DNA of 64,000 bases from Mobula hypostoma (GCF_963921235.1 NC_086097.1:24058001-24122000); one strand, 5' to 3'. Counted from the stretch's first letter, positions 41,282-53,683 are shown. The notes: generated by a model not told the origin, from the letters alone. Made by a program: numbers and translations.

Positions 41282-43349
41282 GGCTACGTCCATACTAGAC
41301 CGGATAAATCCGTAACCGAAGCTTTTTCTCTTCGTTTTGACCCTCTGTCCACACTGAAACGGCATTTTCCTCCCCTGAAAACTGAGCTTTTCTAAAATGC
41401 TTTCCAGAGTGTGTAAATCTGAAAACGCCAGTTGGGCGGTGTAGTGTGTACGGGGTAACCAGAGGTTTTAAAAACGCTGTCATGACGTGCCGGAACAGAT
41501 GGTGACGGCAGCACGGTATTTCATTGTTTTCTTGAACACAGCCTCCAACACCACAACAGCAATATCTGACAATAGATGTGTAATAGCCTAATGTAACATT
41601 GTTTGGAAATACAAGATAACACTGATGCAGACATGTTTTATACATTTAACAAGGTGCAGACTACTATTTAAATGGGGAGAGAATTCAAAGTTCTGAGATG
41701 CAACAGGACTTGGGAGTCCTCGTACAGGATACCCTTAAGGTTAACCTCCAGGTTGAGTCGGTGGTGAAGAAGGCGAATGCAATGTTGACATACATTTCGA
41801 GAGGAATAGAGTATAGGAGCAGGGATGTGATGTTGAGGCTCTATAAGGCGCTGGTGAGACCTCACTTGGAGTACTGTGGGCAGTTTTAGTCTCCTTATTT
41901 AAGAAAAGATATACTGACATTGGAGAGGGTACAGAGGAGATTCACTAGAATGATTCCGGGAATGAGAGGGTTAACATATGAGGAACGTTTGTCCACTCTT
42001 GGACTGTATTCCTTGGAGTTTAGAAGAATGAGGGGGGACCTCATAGAAACATTTCGAATGTTGAAAGGCATGGACAGAGTGGATGTGGCAAAGTTGTTTC
42101 CCATGATGGGGGAGTCTAGTACGAGAGGGCATGACTTAAGGATTGAAGGGCACCCATTCAGAACAGAGATGCGAAGAAATCTTTTTAGACAGAGGGTGGT
42201 GAATCTATGGAATGTGTTGCCACGGGCAGCAGTGGAGGCCGAGTCATTGGGTGTATTTAAGGCAGAGATTGATAGGTATCTGAGTAGCCAGGGCATCGAA
42301 GGTTATGGCGAGAAGGCGGGGGAGTGGGTCTAAATGGGAGAATGGATCAACTCATGATAAAATGGCGGAGCAGACTCAATGGGCCGAATGGCCGACTTCT
42401 GCTCTTTTGTCTTATCGTCTTATTGTCTTTAGTAATGTATTGCTTGTGCAAACATTCAATAGATGCAATTGTCACTACTTCAAAAATGTCATTTTTAAGT
42501 AGTAGCTTATGTTTGGCATAGACGTGAAAATGTTAAGGCCAAAAAAGGAAAATTGTAAGTTTCACTGTTACTCAGGCAAAAATAAAATCACTTTTGCCCA
42601 GTAACTCATTTTATTACACATGTTAAATATAGCAAAATAATACAGAAAGACTTGGCAAAAGTAAAGGCAATCAAATGAGGTGCAGTAACAGCAAATTTCA
42701 CTTTTGCACAGTAACAAGCCTTATTGCATTTAGTTGTAGCAGTCGTCACTTTAATCAGTGAAGAGACTATGGCTGTAGGAAATGTTTCCAGGGCGACCCC
42801 TTTGTGGAAGTGGGGAAGATGTTGGTGGGGCCACCCGGGGGTCCGTGTGTCCATATGTGTAGCTATTGTAGTGGCTGTGAGGCTGGTATTGTGGCAGTGT
42901 AAAGTACCGGGCAGGGTGGGGAGGGGGGGAAGCCATCATATTCCTCATCGTTGCAAATCCCTCTGCAACAGAGTTAGTCAGTTTTTCAATGTTTATCGTC
43001 AGCCGGGTCATACTGTCCGTGAACTGCCTGTCCGTTGCCTCCATACGCTCCAGTATTTGTTTTTTTAGTTTTAAGCCGTCCTGTATGAGAGCCAACAGCT
43101 GTCCGTCGTTTGGCAATTTCCTTTTAAGTTTTTCTAGTCTGTAACTGGACAAACATGCACCAAGTATACCGTTTCCTCGTCGCTTGTTTTCTGTCGATGT
43201 GTCCTGCGCATGCCCAGTAGGTGGAGATTCGCCCAAATACCCGTTTTAATGTGGACGGAGGTATTTTCAAAAATACCTGGTGTGGACGTCTATTGTTCTT
43301 ATGCGAAACTGGCATTTTCAAAATTATCCAGTCTAATGTGGACGTAGCC
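41282..43349 (-). mobile_element. PIF/Harbinger DNA transposon (deletion derivative) with nested CR1
   Basis: TIRs ggctacgtccatactagaccggataa / ttatccagtctaatgtggacgtagcc; 3-bp TAA TSD on both sides (41279-41281, 43350-43352); ORF 42751-43236 is a coiled-coil/Pro-rich segment compatible with the Harbinger Myb-like protein C-terminus. Confidence 0.85.
41656..42427 (+). mobile_element. CR1 3' fragment inserted in the Harbinger element
   Basis: ORFs 41698-41889 and 41920-42333 have CR1 C-terminal motifs; tcttat-type tandem tail. Confidence 0.92.
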
Positions 43350-43632
43350 TAAGTATACAGGCCATTGCAGCCTCCCGTAATCCTGTGCATTCAAAGTTCA
43401 AAATTCAAAGTAAATTTATTATCATAATACACATATGTCACTAAATACAACCCTAAGATTCATGTTGTTGCAGGCATTCACAGTCAATACAATGGGACAC
43501 ATGAAACACAACAAACCACCAACATGCAAAAGACAGCAAATAGTTCAAATGCAATAAATAAATAAATACACACACACACACACACACAAAACATGAGTTG
43601 TAGAGTCCTTGAAAGTGAGTTCATAGGTTGTG

Positions 43633-43719
43633 TACAACACACACAAAATGCTGGAGGAACTCAGAAAGCCAGGCAGCATCCATGGAAAAAAAGTACAGTC
43701 GACGTTTCGGGCCGAAACC
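43633..43719 (-). mobile_element. Penelope-derived short insertion with ~14-bp TSD, inside a Rex-like fragment (~43390-44130)
   Basis: TSD gt(t/c)cataggttgtg at 43619-43632 / 43720-43733; minus strand starts within the hammerhead (cggcccGAAACGTCgactg). Confidence 0.75.
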
Positions 43720-45412
43720 GTCCATAGGTTGTGGAATTAGTCTAGCGTTGGGGTGAGTAAAGTTATCCACGCTGGTCCAGAACCCTCAAGGTGAAGGGTA
43801 ATAATTCCTGAAATTGGTGACGTGGGACCCCAAGCTCCTGTACCTCCTTCCTGCTGGCAGCAACGAGAAGAGAGGGTGGCCTGGATGGCGGAGGTCCTTG
43901 ATGAAGGTTGCTGCTTTCCTGCGACAGTGCTCCTTGTAGATGTACTCAATGGCGGGGAGGGCTATCCCTGTGATGGACTGGGCTGTATCGACACATACTG
44001 TAGCTCAGCGTTGGAGCCTCCATACCCAGGCTGTGATGCAACCAGTCAGAATGCTCTCTGCTGTATATTTATAGAAATATGCTAGAGTCCTTGGTGACAC
44101 ACGAAATTCCTTTAAACTCCTAACTAAGTAAAATACTAACTAACTAGGCCTTTACAGCTGACTGTGGCAATGAATTCCACAGATTCACCACCCTCCGGCT
44201 AAAGAAATTCCTCCTCAACTCTGTTCTAAAGGAAAGGCCTTGTATTCTGAGGCTGTGCCCTCTGGTCCTAGAATCCCCTACTATAGGAAACATCCTCTCC
44301 ACATTCACGCTATCTAAGACTTTCAATATTCAATAGGTTTCAATGAGATTCCCGCCATTTTTCTATTGTCCCCTGCCACCTCCCACCCCCTCCATTGTCC
44401 TTACTGACTCTGGTTTAATACTGCTTGGCAGAAATATCTCACCATTCGTCTGTGTGACGTTCTTTTGGCCTGTTCTATTATTAGCAACGCTTAATAAGAT
44501 GATCTTGGCTTATGCAGACTGTCACTATTTCATTAGGTATCTGATACTTCATACTTGGGTAAGCAATACAATGTGTTTTGAGACTGCTTTCAGATAGTGA
44601 AGGAATTCACACCAGTTTATCTGTGCTCCCTCCTCCCCGCCAACTGACACCATCAGTGCTTCTGGTCAGGATTTTTGACGAGCCTATTCTGTGAGTTTTG
44701 ACTGAAAGCTGCTGAAAATGCAGCATCCTCAATAGACCAATGTGTCTGACATACAAATTCTTCCCAGCAGGGGTCACTGGTTAGCAGCTGGGAAGTTGGG
44801 GGGTGGAGGCATGCCAGCTAATTTTATAGCCCCATTCCAATCTTAAAGGGACAAAGGTTTAATGTTCAGTCTTTCTCAATCTTAATCAAAATAAGCTTAA
44901 TTAATCAGTCAGTGTAGCTTTTAACCCACTCTAAAATCAATCTAACCCTTCCCTCCTCCATAGCCCTCTATTTTTCTGTCATCTGTGTGCCTATCTAAGA
45001 GTTTCTTAAATGCCCTTTATATATCTGCCTCTACCCGCTCCTGCCGGCACGTTCCATGCATCCACCACTCTCTGTGTATAAACTGATGATGTCAGATGCC
45101 TCTGACATCTTTGGTAACAATGTGAATTAAAGGAGAGAGACACTCACTTTCTTCAACATAGGACATTACAGCACAGCTCACGATGTTGTGCCAACCTTTT
45201 CTCCTGCTCTGAGATCAATCTAACTCTTCCCTCTTACATGGCCCTCATTTTTTCTATCATCCACACGCTTATCTAAGAGTTTCTTAAATGTTCCAAATGT
45301 ACCTGCGTCTACCACCACCCCTAGCAGGATGTTTTCACACACTCACTCTCTGTGTAAAAAACTCTTTCTCTAGAGCTCCGAGGTACCCTGGAAGGTGACA
45401 GCAGACACACGC

Positions 45413-45748
45413 GCTCTCTCTCTCTCTCTCCCACTCTCTCTCTCTTTCTCTCTCTCCTTCTCTCCCTCCTCTCTCTCCCTCTCACTCTTCCTCTGTCTCT
45501 CTCTCTTTGTCTCTTTGTCACTTTCTCTCTTTCTCTCCCTCTCACTCTTTCTGTCTCTCTTCTTCACTCTCTCTCTTTCTCTACATCTCACTCTTTCTCT
45601 GTTTCTCTCTTGTTCGCACTCTCTCTCTCTTTGTCACTCACTCTCTCTCTCTCACTGTCTCTCTTCTCTCTCTCCCTTTCTTTCTTTGTCACTCTTTCTC
45701 TGTCTCTCTTTCGCTCTCTCTCTCTCTCTATCCCTCTCTCTCTCTCCA
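45413..45748. repeat. Imperfect (CT)n pyrimidine tract
   Basis: Directly visible. Confidence 0.95.
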
Positions 45749-47036
45749 CTGCAGTGATAAAGACAGGTGGCATGCTCAAGTCATTAGTTTTAAATTACGT
45801 ATTACACTTAATAAGATCTGATTACCATATGTTAATTTGGGAGTCCTGTTAATGAGCCCACCAATATGAAAGGCTTTAGAACTCGCAGATAATTACATAG
45901 TACACCATTTAATGGGGTTGGATTTCTAACATTAGATCAAAAGAAACCACAAACAATCAACTAAATACATAAACATAGACATAAGATAGTCACAAAGGCA
46001 ACCAGGAGTGAAAGGAACGTCTTTTATCAGTGGCGGTGAAGTGGAACTTGCAACATCACGCAGTAGTTGCGGCAAATATCGCAGGGACATATAAAATAAG
46101 TTAGATGCAACATAATGAAGGTATAATCTAGAAATAAAAATGTCTCATATGATACCTCTCCCATTGTCAGGACAGATATTCAGTATTCATGGCGGATATG
46201 TATTTGAAGGTGATTGCAGAAAAGTAGAGGGGAGTGTCAGGGTAGTTTGGTTACATAGAGAGTGGTGGGTGTGACGGTAACGCACCATTAAGCCGGATGC
46301 CAACCGCCGTAAAACAAGATACAGACAGAGAGTGGTGGGTGCATGGAACATGCTGGCTGGGGGTGGGGGTGGGGGTTGTTAGTGACAGATATATTAGAAT
46401 CATGTTAGATAGGCACATGGATAAAAGGAAAATGGAGTTCTATGTGGGCGGGAAGAGTTAGATTGATCTCGGAGTAGGTTAAAAAGTTGGCACATCATTG
46501 TGAGCTCAAGGCCTTGCACTGTAATGTTCCATGTCAGAAGTAGTGTTTGTACACACAGAGAGTGGTCGCTACATGGAATGCCCTGCTGGGGTGGTGGTAG
46601 AGGCAGATATATTAGGAACATTTAAAAGGCTCTGAGATAGGCACATGAATGATAGAGAAATTGGGGACTACGTGGGAGGGAAGAGTTAGATTGGTCTTAA
46701 ACTAGGTTGTAAGGTTGGCATCACATCATGGGCCAAAGGAACTGTACTGTGCTATATATTCTATGTTCTAAAGGCATCAAGGAATATAGAAACGGGAAAA
46801 TAATTTACAGATAAACTATGATCTAATTGAATGGTAGAACAGGCTCAAAGGACTGAATGGTCTTCCCTCTCTTTTGGTTACATGTGCATCTACTACCATG
46901 CTGGCTGAGGGAAGACATATCCCAGCATGCCATTTTCCGGCTCCTGTGGCTAAAGTGGTGCCTTTGCCAAGTTGCAGCTCAGTTTAAGTTTCAAGTACAT
47001 CCTTTACCAAATGAAAGGAGTAATAAAGGCGAAGCT

Positions 47037-47263
47037 AACAACAGGAATTCTGCAGATGCTGGAAATTCAAGCAACATACATCAAAGTTGCTGGTGAACGC
47101 AGCAGGCCAAGCAGCATCTATAGGAAGAGGCGCAGTCGACGTTTCAGGCCGAGACCCTTCGGTCAGTCCTACCGAAGGGTCTCGGCCTGAAACGTCGACT
47201 GCGCCTCTTCCTATAGATGCTGCTTGGCCTGCTGCGTTCACCAGCAACTTTGATGTATGTTGC
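47037..47263. mobile_element. Penelope-derived fold-back element: perfect 93-bp inverted repeat, 14-bp TSD
   Basis: Arms 47071-47163 and 47171-47263 are exact reverse complements with a 7-nt loop CAGTCCT; TSD ATAAAGGCGAAGCT at 47023-47036 / 47264-47277. Confidence 0.92.
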
Positions 47264-48806
47264 ATAAAGGCGAAGCTGCTGTGCCTGCTTCTGTGAGTCA
47301 GCGCCTTTGGGAGAGGAGGTGGATGATCATTTTGTGCAAGTGAAAAGAAGCACTGATGTGTGCCAGCTCAGATGTATCTGAGACTAATTTCTCACAGCAG
47401 CCTGAAAGGGGGCTGGGGGGTGGGAGTGGGCGTAGGTTGCCAGAAGCAGCACACCAAATGCACCCAGCTGCTTCCAACAGAAGTTTGGCAGCTTATCCCA
47501 ACTTGCCTATCCCCCCTTCACTCCCACCCTGTCCTCACCTACCACAGCCAACTCTTCATGGTTGCAACGGATAATTCATGGCACAGGAGGAGGCTATTTA
47601 TAAGACCATAAGACATAGGAGGAGAATTAGGCCATTCAACCCATCGAGTATGTTCCACCACTCCATGATGGCTGATTTATTATCCTCTCAACACCATTCT
47701 CTTGTCTTCTCCCTATAAACTTTGATGCCTTACCAATCGAGAACCTATCGACCTCTGCTTTGAATATAAAGAATACAGATTAGCTTTATTTGTCATATGT
47801 ACATTGAGACACACAATAAAATGTGTCATTTGCATCAAATCAATAGACAATAGACAATAGGTGCAGGAGTAGGCCATTCGGCCCTTCGAGCCAGCACCGC
47901 TATTCACTGTGATCATGGCTGATCATCCACTATCAGTATCCAGTTCCTGCCTTATCCCCATAACCTTTGATTCCACTATCTTTAAGAGCTCTATCCATCT
48001 CTTTCTTGAAGGCATCCAGAGACTTGGCCTCCACAGCCTTCTGGGGCAGAGCATTCCATATATCCACCACTCTCTGGGTGAAAAAGTTTTTCACAAATCA
48101 GCATTGTGTCAACAAATAACACAGCCCACAAATGTCGCCATGTTTCCAGCACCAACGCAGCGTGCCCACAACTCACTAACTCTAACAATACATCTTTGGA
48201 ATGTGGGAGGAAACCAGATCACCAAGAGGAAACCCACACAGTCACGGGGAGAATGTTCAAACTCGTTACAGACCGCAGTGGGAATAAAGCCCCAATCTTT
48301 TGGCTTGTATTGGACCACTACACCACCATGCTGCCCCAGTGACTCAGTCTCCGCAGCTGTCTGTGGCAAAGAATTCCACAGATTCACCGCTCTCTTCAGC
48401 TCTGTTTTAAAGAGTCGTTCTTCTATACTGAAGCTATGCTTGTATTCTGAGGCAGAATATCCAGCCCATCACTTTCATGCTGGTCAAACAAAAAGAGCCA
48501 GCCCACGGAAGCGTAGCACAATGCTTTACAGCACAAGTGATCCAGGTTCAATTCCCGCTGCTGCCCGTAAGGAGTTTGTACATTCTCCCCATGACTTCGG
48601 GGGTTTCCTCTAGGTGCTCTGGTTTCGTCCCACAAGCCAAAGACTTACCGGTTAGTAGCTTAGTTGATCATTGCAAATTGTCCTGTGATTAGGCTGGGAT
48701 TAAATCGAGCGTTGCTGGGCGGTGTAGCTAGTTGGGCCAGAAGGGCCTGTTCCGTGCTGTATCTCAGTAAATAAATAAATCCTGCAGCACTCAGACCAGA
48801 GTCATG

Positions 48807-48843
48807 CAGGTCACAGGTCACAGGTCACAGGTCACAGGTCACA
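48807..48843 (+). repeat. (CAGGTCA)5 tandem repeat, i.e. a DR1 array of nuclear-receptor half-sites
   Basis: Five exact CAGGTCA units. Confidence 0.9.
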
Positions 48844-48989
48844 TCCGAGAGCTGATAAGGGCTTCTACTCCCACTGCTCCTTCAGTTAGTGAGTTCCAGA
48901 CTCCTACCACCATCTGCATGGTAACAGTTTTCACTTCCCTTAAAGTACATCCCACATTTCCCTGTATGTTTTGATGTAAATCTGAAAAT

Positions 48990-49320
48990 CTTTGGCTCTT
49001 TGGAGTTTGCAGATGGTGTCCATTTCAAAGTAACATTTCTTTGGCCCTTAGGGGTTCAGAGATGGTGTCTATTATTGAAATAGACACCATCTACGAACCC
49101 CTCAGAGGCAAAGAAATGCAAACCAATAAAATTCAAAGGTCAACTGAAGAAGTAGCAAAGTGAACAGGGGCTTTATAAATGTGAGCATCCAGAGAGAATC
49201 ACCAAAAACTGAGCACTGAGGATATCACCTCGACTGGTGATGAAACGTCTGAAGGCTAGTTGCCAAGCTCGGCGAGTACTGCAATTACCTCAACCTGAGC
49301 TACCAATATTCACTACCATC
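48990..49320 (+). mobile_element. Penelope-like element 3' end (second family) preceded by inverted partial copies
   Basis: attgaaatagacaccatctacgaacccctcaga = IEIDTIYEPLR (PLE endonuclease C-terminus-like); reverse-complement copies at 48990-49028 and 49034-49073; hammerhead motif downstream. Confidence 0.65.
49213..49252 (+). ncRNA. Minimal type I hammerhead ribozyme motif
   Basis: gca-CTGAGGA-t-ATCACC-tcgact-GGTGAT-GAAAC-GTC-tga: intact CUGANGA and GAAA boxes, perfect 6-bp stem II, loopless palindromic stem III (ACGT), GUC cleavage triplet; stem I is weak (2 bp). Confidence 0.65.
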
Positions 49321-52300
49321 CTAAATAATCTTTCATCTTTAATCTCTCTGATCCATCCACTGGTTGGGTTTTAAATTTCTGCATCTTGGGTTTGATCTTT
49401 CAGTAAAAGGAAATAGATCCTTCCTATTTACCCAAAGATCAAGAATCAACTTAATGCACCTTTGTGTATATTTACATGTATTAGGAAGTTACTGTGGCAT
49501 GTTGGTCTGACATGCAACAGAAAGCAACAACATTCAACAATTACAAAGAATAAAAAGTTAATATAAAAATGAAGGTTAAAGTACAGATATGGAATAAAAT
49601 GTGCAAAAATACATAAAGACCAGTACCTATTTACAATGTAAACGGCATTACAAAAAGTGGCTTAAAGTGTTTACAGTACAATGAATGACTGATCTAATAA
49701 ATCTAATAGATGTTGGGGAGGGGGAGGGGAAGGCTAGCTAAAATGATTCATCACATTAACTGCCTAGGGGAAGAAACTTTTTAAAATGGCATGGTTTTTG
49801 TTTTAATAGCCCTATAGCATTTTCCAGAAGGGAGCTTTTGGAAAAGGCAGTTTACGGGGTGGGCAGTGTCCACAATGATTTTTCCTGCCTGCTTCTTTGT
49901 CCTGGACACGGACAAGTCCTGCAGTGAAGGTAGACTGTAGCCAATGACCTTTTCTGCTGACCTGTAGGTTCGCTGTGGTTTTGTTATATTGTGAGAGGAT
50001 GCTGTACCACACCAGAGAGTAATGGCAGTACTCTAGGAGCACCAAAAACATATGCACCTTAATCAGGTCTTCTCTTAGCCTCTTATGTTCCAAATGAATC
50101 AATCCTAGCTCATTAATGTGGGAGGGTAGAGTTAGATTGATCTTGAAGCAAGTTGAAAGGTCAGCACAACATTGTGGGCTGAATGGCCTGAACTCTTCTA
50201 TGTTCTATGTTAATCTTTTCACCGAAATGTCTGGGGAATAGAGATTAATTTAAATAGGTTTCTAGGCATTATCTAATTAGTATTTATTGTTATATTATTT
50301 GTTTTTCTTTGTATTTGCAGAGTTTGCCTTCTTTTGCACATCGGTCTTTTATCAGTCTTTGGATTTTTTGTTAGTAATACCGCATGGTAACAGGCCCTTC
50401 TGGCCAAATGAGCCCATGTGACTGATTAACCTCCTAACCCGTATGTCTTTGGGATGTGGGAAGAAACTGGAACACCTGAAGGAAACCTTCAAAGTCACAG
50501 GGAAATCTACAAACTCCTTACAGGCAGTGGTGGGAAATGAACCCCCGCACTGTAAAGTGCTACCATTTTCATTGATTCTATTGTGTTGTACTGTGAATGC
50601 CCACAAGGAAGTGTATCTCAGGGTAGTACATGGTGGCATATATAGAAACATAGAAACATAGAAAATAGGTGCAGGAGTAGGCCATTCGGCCCTTCGAGCC
50701 TGCACCGCCATTTATTATGATCATGGCTGATCATCCAACTCAGAACCCAGCCTTCCCTCCATACCCCCTGACCCCTGTAGCCACAATATGTGCTTTGATA
50801 ATTAATTTATGTTGAATTTTAATATCCTGCTCCCAGCAGGTTACAAAGTGAGGGAGAACAATGAACAGGAGGCAACGTTGTCGAAGTCTTTCCCTTTTCA
50901 ACTTTATCATTGATCAACACAGTCAAGGGGGCCACTTGGTTGTCTAGTCTGTGGTGACCCTTTCTGGGGGCAATCTGATTGATCCCACTATCTTATGATT
51001 CTGAAAATTAGTAAGGTATTTCAAAATAAACTTCTTATCGAAGTACATATATGCCACCATATACTAGACGGAGATTCATTTTTGCAGGCTTTCACAGTAG
51101 AACAAAGAAACACAATCGAATCGATGACAAACTACACATGAAGATGGACAAACAACCAGCGTGGAAAAAAGTGACAAACTGTGCAAAGGCAAAAAGAAAA
51201 TCCAAAGCATGATAATAAATAAATAATATCGTGAATGCAACTTGTGGAGTCCATGAAAGTGAGTCCATGGATTGTGGAATGAATTCAGTGCTGGGGTGAA
51301 TCAAGTTCCCCATGCTGATTCAGAAGCCTGAGAGTTGACGGGTAATAACTGTTCCTGAACCTGGTGGTATGAGACTCCTGTACTTCCTTCCCGACGGCAG
51401 TAGTGAAAAGAAAGCGTGGCCTGGATGATGGGGTGGGGGTGGATGGAAGTATTTATCCGTTTCATTTCTGAGGGCTGCTAATGACACTGCTTCTAGTATC
51501 TGTTCAGCCGCCTCGCCGAGCTAAGCCACTCTATCGCAATTTCTTCACGTACCCGCGTGATCAGTTTAAACAAATTTTAGTTGGTTGAGTAGGGGATGAA
51601 AATAAGGGAGTTTGAGCCAGTCATTTAGTAAAAAAAAACACACTCACTTACCTAATTTGAGTGAGAAAACTCAGAAGTTGTATTTTGGAAGAACAATAAT
51701 GGAAGCCTGGCTGAAGCAAGAGTATGTCAGGGGTTAAGTCTTCACCGCCGGGTTCAGGAACATCTATTACTCTGAAACCATCAAGCTCCTGAACCAGCGT
51801 GGATAACTTCACTCACCACTACTCTGAACTGATTCCACAACCTACAGATTCCCTTTCAACGACTCTTTACAACTCAAGTTCTCAGTATTATTTTTATTCG
51901 CATAGTTTGTCATCTCTTTCACATTGGTTGTTTGGCAGTCATTGTCTGTTTATGTATAGTTTTTTTTCCATAAAATTCAATTGCATATTCTTTTTCTCCT
52001 GTAAATAGCTGCAAGAAAATGTATCCCAGGGTATTATATTGCAACATACACATACTTCGATAGAAATTTTCTTTGAGCTTTCAACTTTTTCATCAACTCC
52101 CCTTTAATCTTGTGCCAACTGCCCGTTAAAGGGGCAGATTATCACAGCCAATTAACGTCTTTGGGACGTGGGAGGAAATTGGAGCGTCGGGTGGATACCC
52201 AAACAGTCGCGGGGGAGAACATGCAAACTCCACACAGTAGGATTGAACCCCGAACCGGAGCTAGAGGCAGCAGTAATAATTCCCGCTGTATCCAAAACAG

Positions 52301-53683
52301 CCCGAGGGAAATGTAACAGGAAAAATAGACGGTGTTCACTGCACACTTCTCACAGTGGCTGCGTCTGAGATGTGTCTAATTTGTCGAGAAAAGCCAGATA
52401 AAGATTAATTGCCTGTTTGATTAGTAAAGAGACTGTAATAATTTCCAGTGTTTTGTTAGCAACTTCTTATCAAGTGGAATCAGAGAATGAAAGATAATTT
52501 AGGCCATTGCATTCATTCAGAATTTTCTTACAGGGTCTGCCCTGGAATCTACATTTCCTTTTTGTATTCTTCGTTTTAAGTTTTTTTTTCTCTCTGTCAG
52601 GCCGTAACAATGCTTAAAAAGGACAGCCCAGTGGATTCTGGACTCATCTGTCTTAAGGACTGTTCCACATCCGTTTTATTTTAAATGTTTTTTGATCTAG
52701 TTTCACACTGGTCCGGTATAATTCCATGCTCTTACCAGCCAGGCCAGCCTGAGGCTGTTTCACCTCGGAAAGCCGTGTATTATTCTGAAGCAAACAAACA
52801 CACGCGCGTCAGTGAAGAAATCGGGAAGGAGATCTCCCCATCCATCCATCTCCCCCGCTCCGTCACTGGGGTCAGTCAGTCATAAAACACCTGCTGCTTT
52901 CTGGACGATATCAGCTACTAGTGCAGTCTAGGGATTGACCGTAACTCTTTGCAGGTCTGGCTGTATGAACTGATCGCAGCCAACCGGCAATAACATGATC
53001 TCGGTTCTTTCTGTGCAGTTAGACCTTTGCTTTATGCCAACTAGGAAACACTGTTTAATGTTCCTTTTACACAAAGCACCCTGAAGACAGGCGGGATTAA
53101 TGCCCAGTGTTCAGGAAGTCACAGACTCCTACAGCACGGAAACAGTCCTTTAGCCCACTGAGCCTGCGCTAATCATCAAGATTCCACTTACACTAATTCT
53201 GCTTTATTCTCTCCATATTCCCGTCATCTCCCCTGCGACTCTACCACTCAACGACACCCTCGGGGCGATTTACAGCGGCCAATTAACCCACTACACACAG
53301 AATTCGTTGCTGATTTTGTGCCTCTTTTTACTTCTCAGTTAATAGATGTTTAATCTAATCTTGGCATCAGCCTCAGTCCAGCGGAATCGCGCTCTGAGTC
53401 ACGTGGGTTCGGCAAATAGTTCTGGCTGCCGATTCAGAGCGGCACTGAGGAGAGGTTCGGCTTCGAAGCTAACTGAGGACTCTGCAAGTTTATAGAGGGT
53501 CACTCAGGGGAAATGGAGGTTCTGATTTAGTAAAAGGGTTGGGAGATGGACTGAGATGTAGAACAGCATTCACAGGAGTGAGTTACAGGCTGGTAAACGC
53601 TGAAAGATTCATTTAATCGTGAATCTGTGTAGACTGTCTTCTTATTTTCCAGCTCTTATTCTGGCTTCTTCCCCCTTCCTTTC

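Noticed and set aside
45321..45852. Low-complexity ORFs (SL/RE repeats); also at 58634-59129
   Set aside because: Translations of CT/GA microsatellites
47035..47296. Near-identical ORFs on both strands
   Set aside because: Trivial consequence of the palindrome
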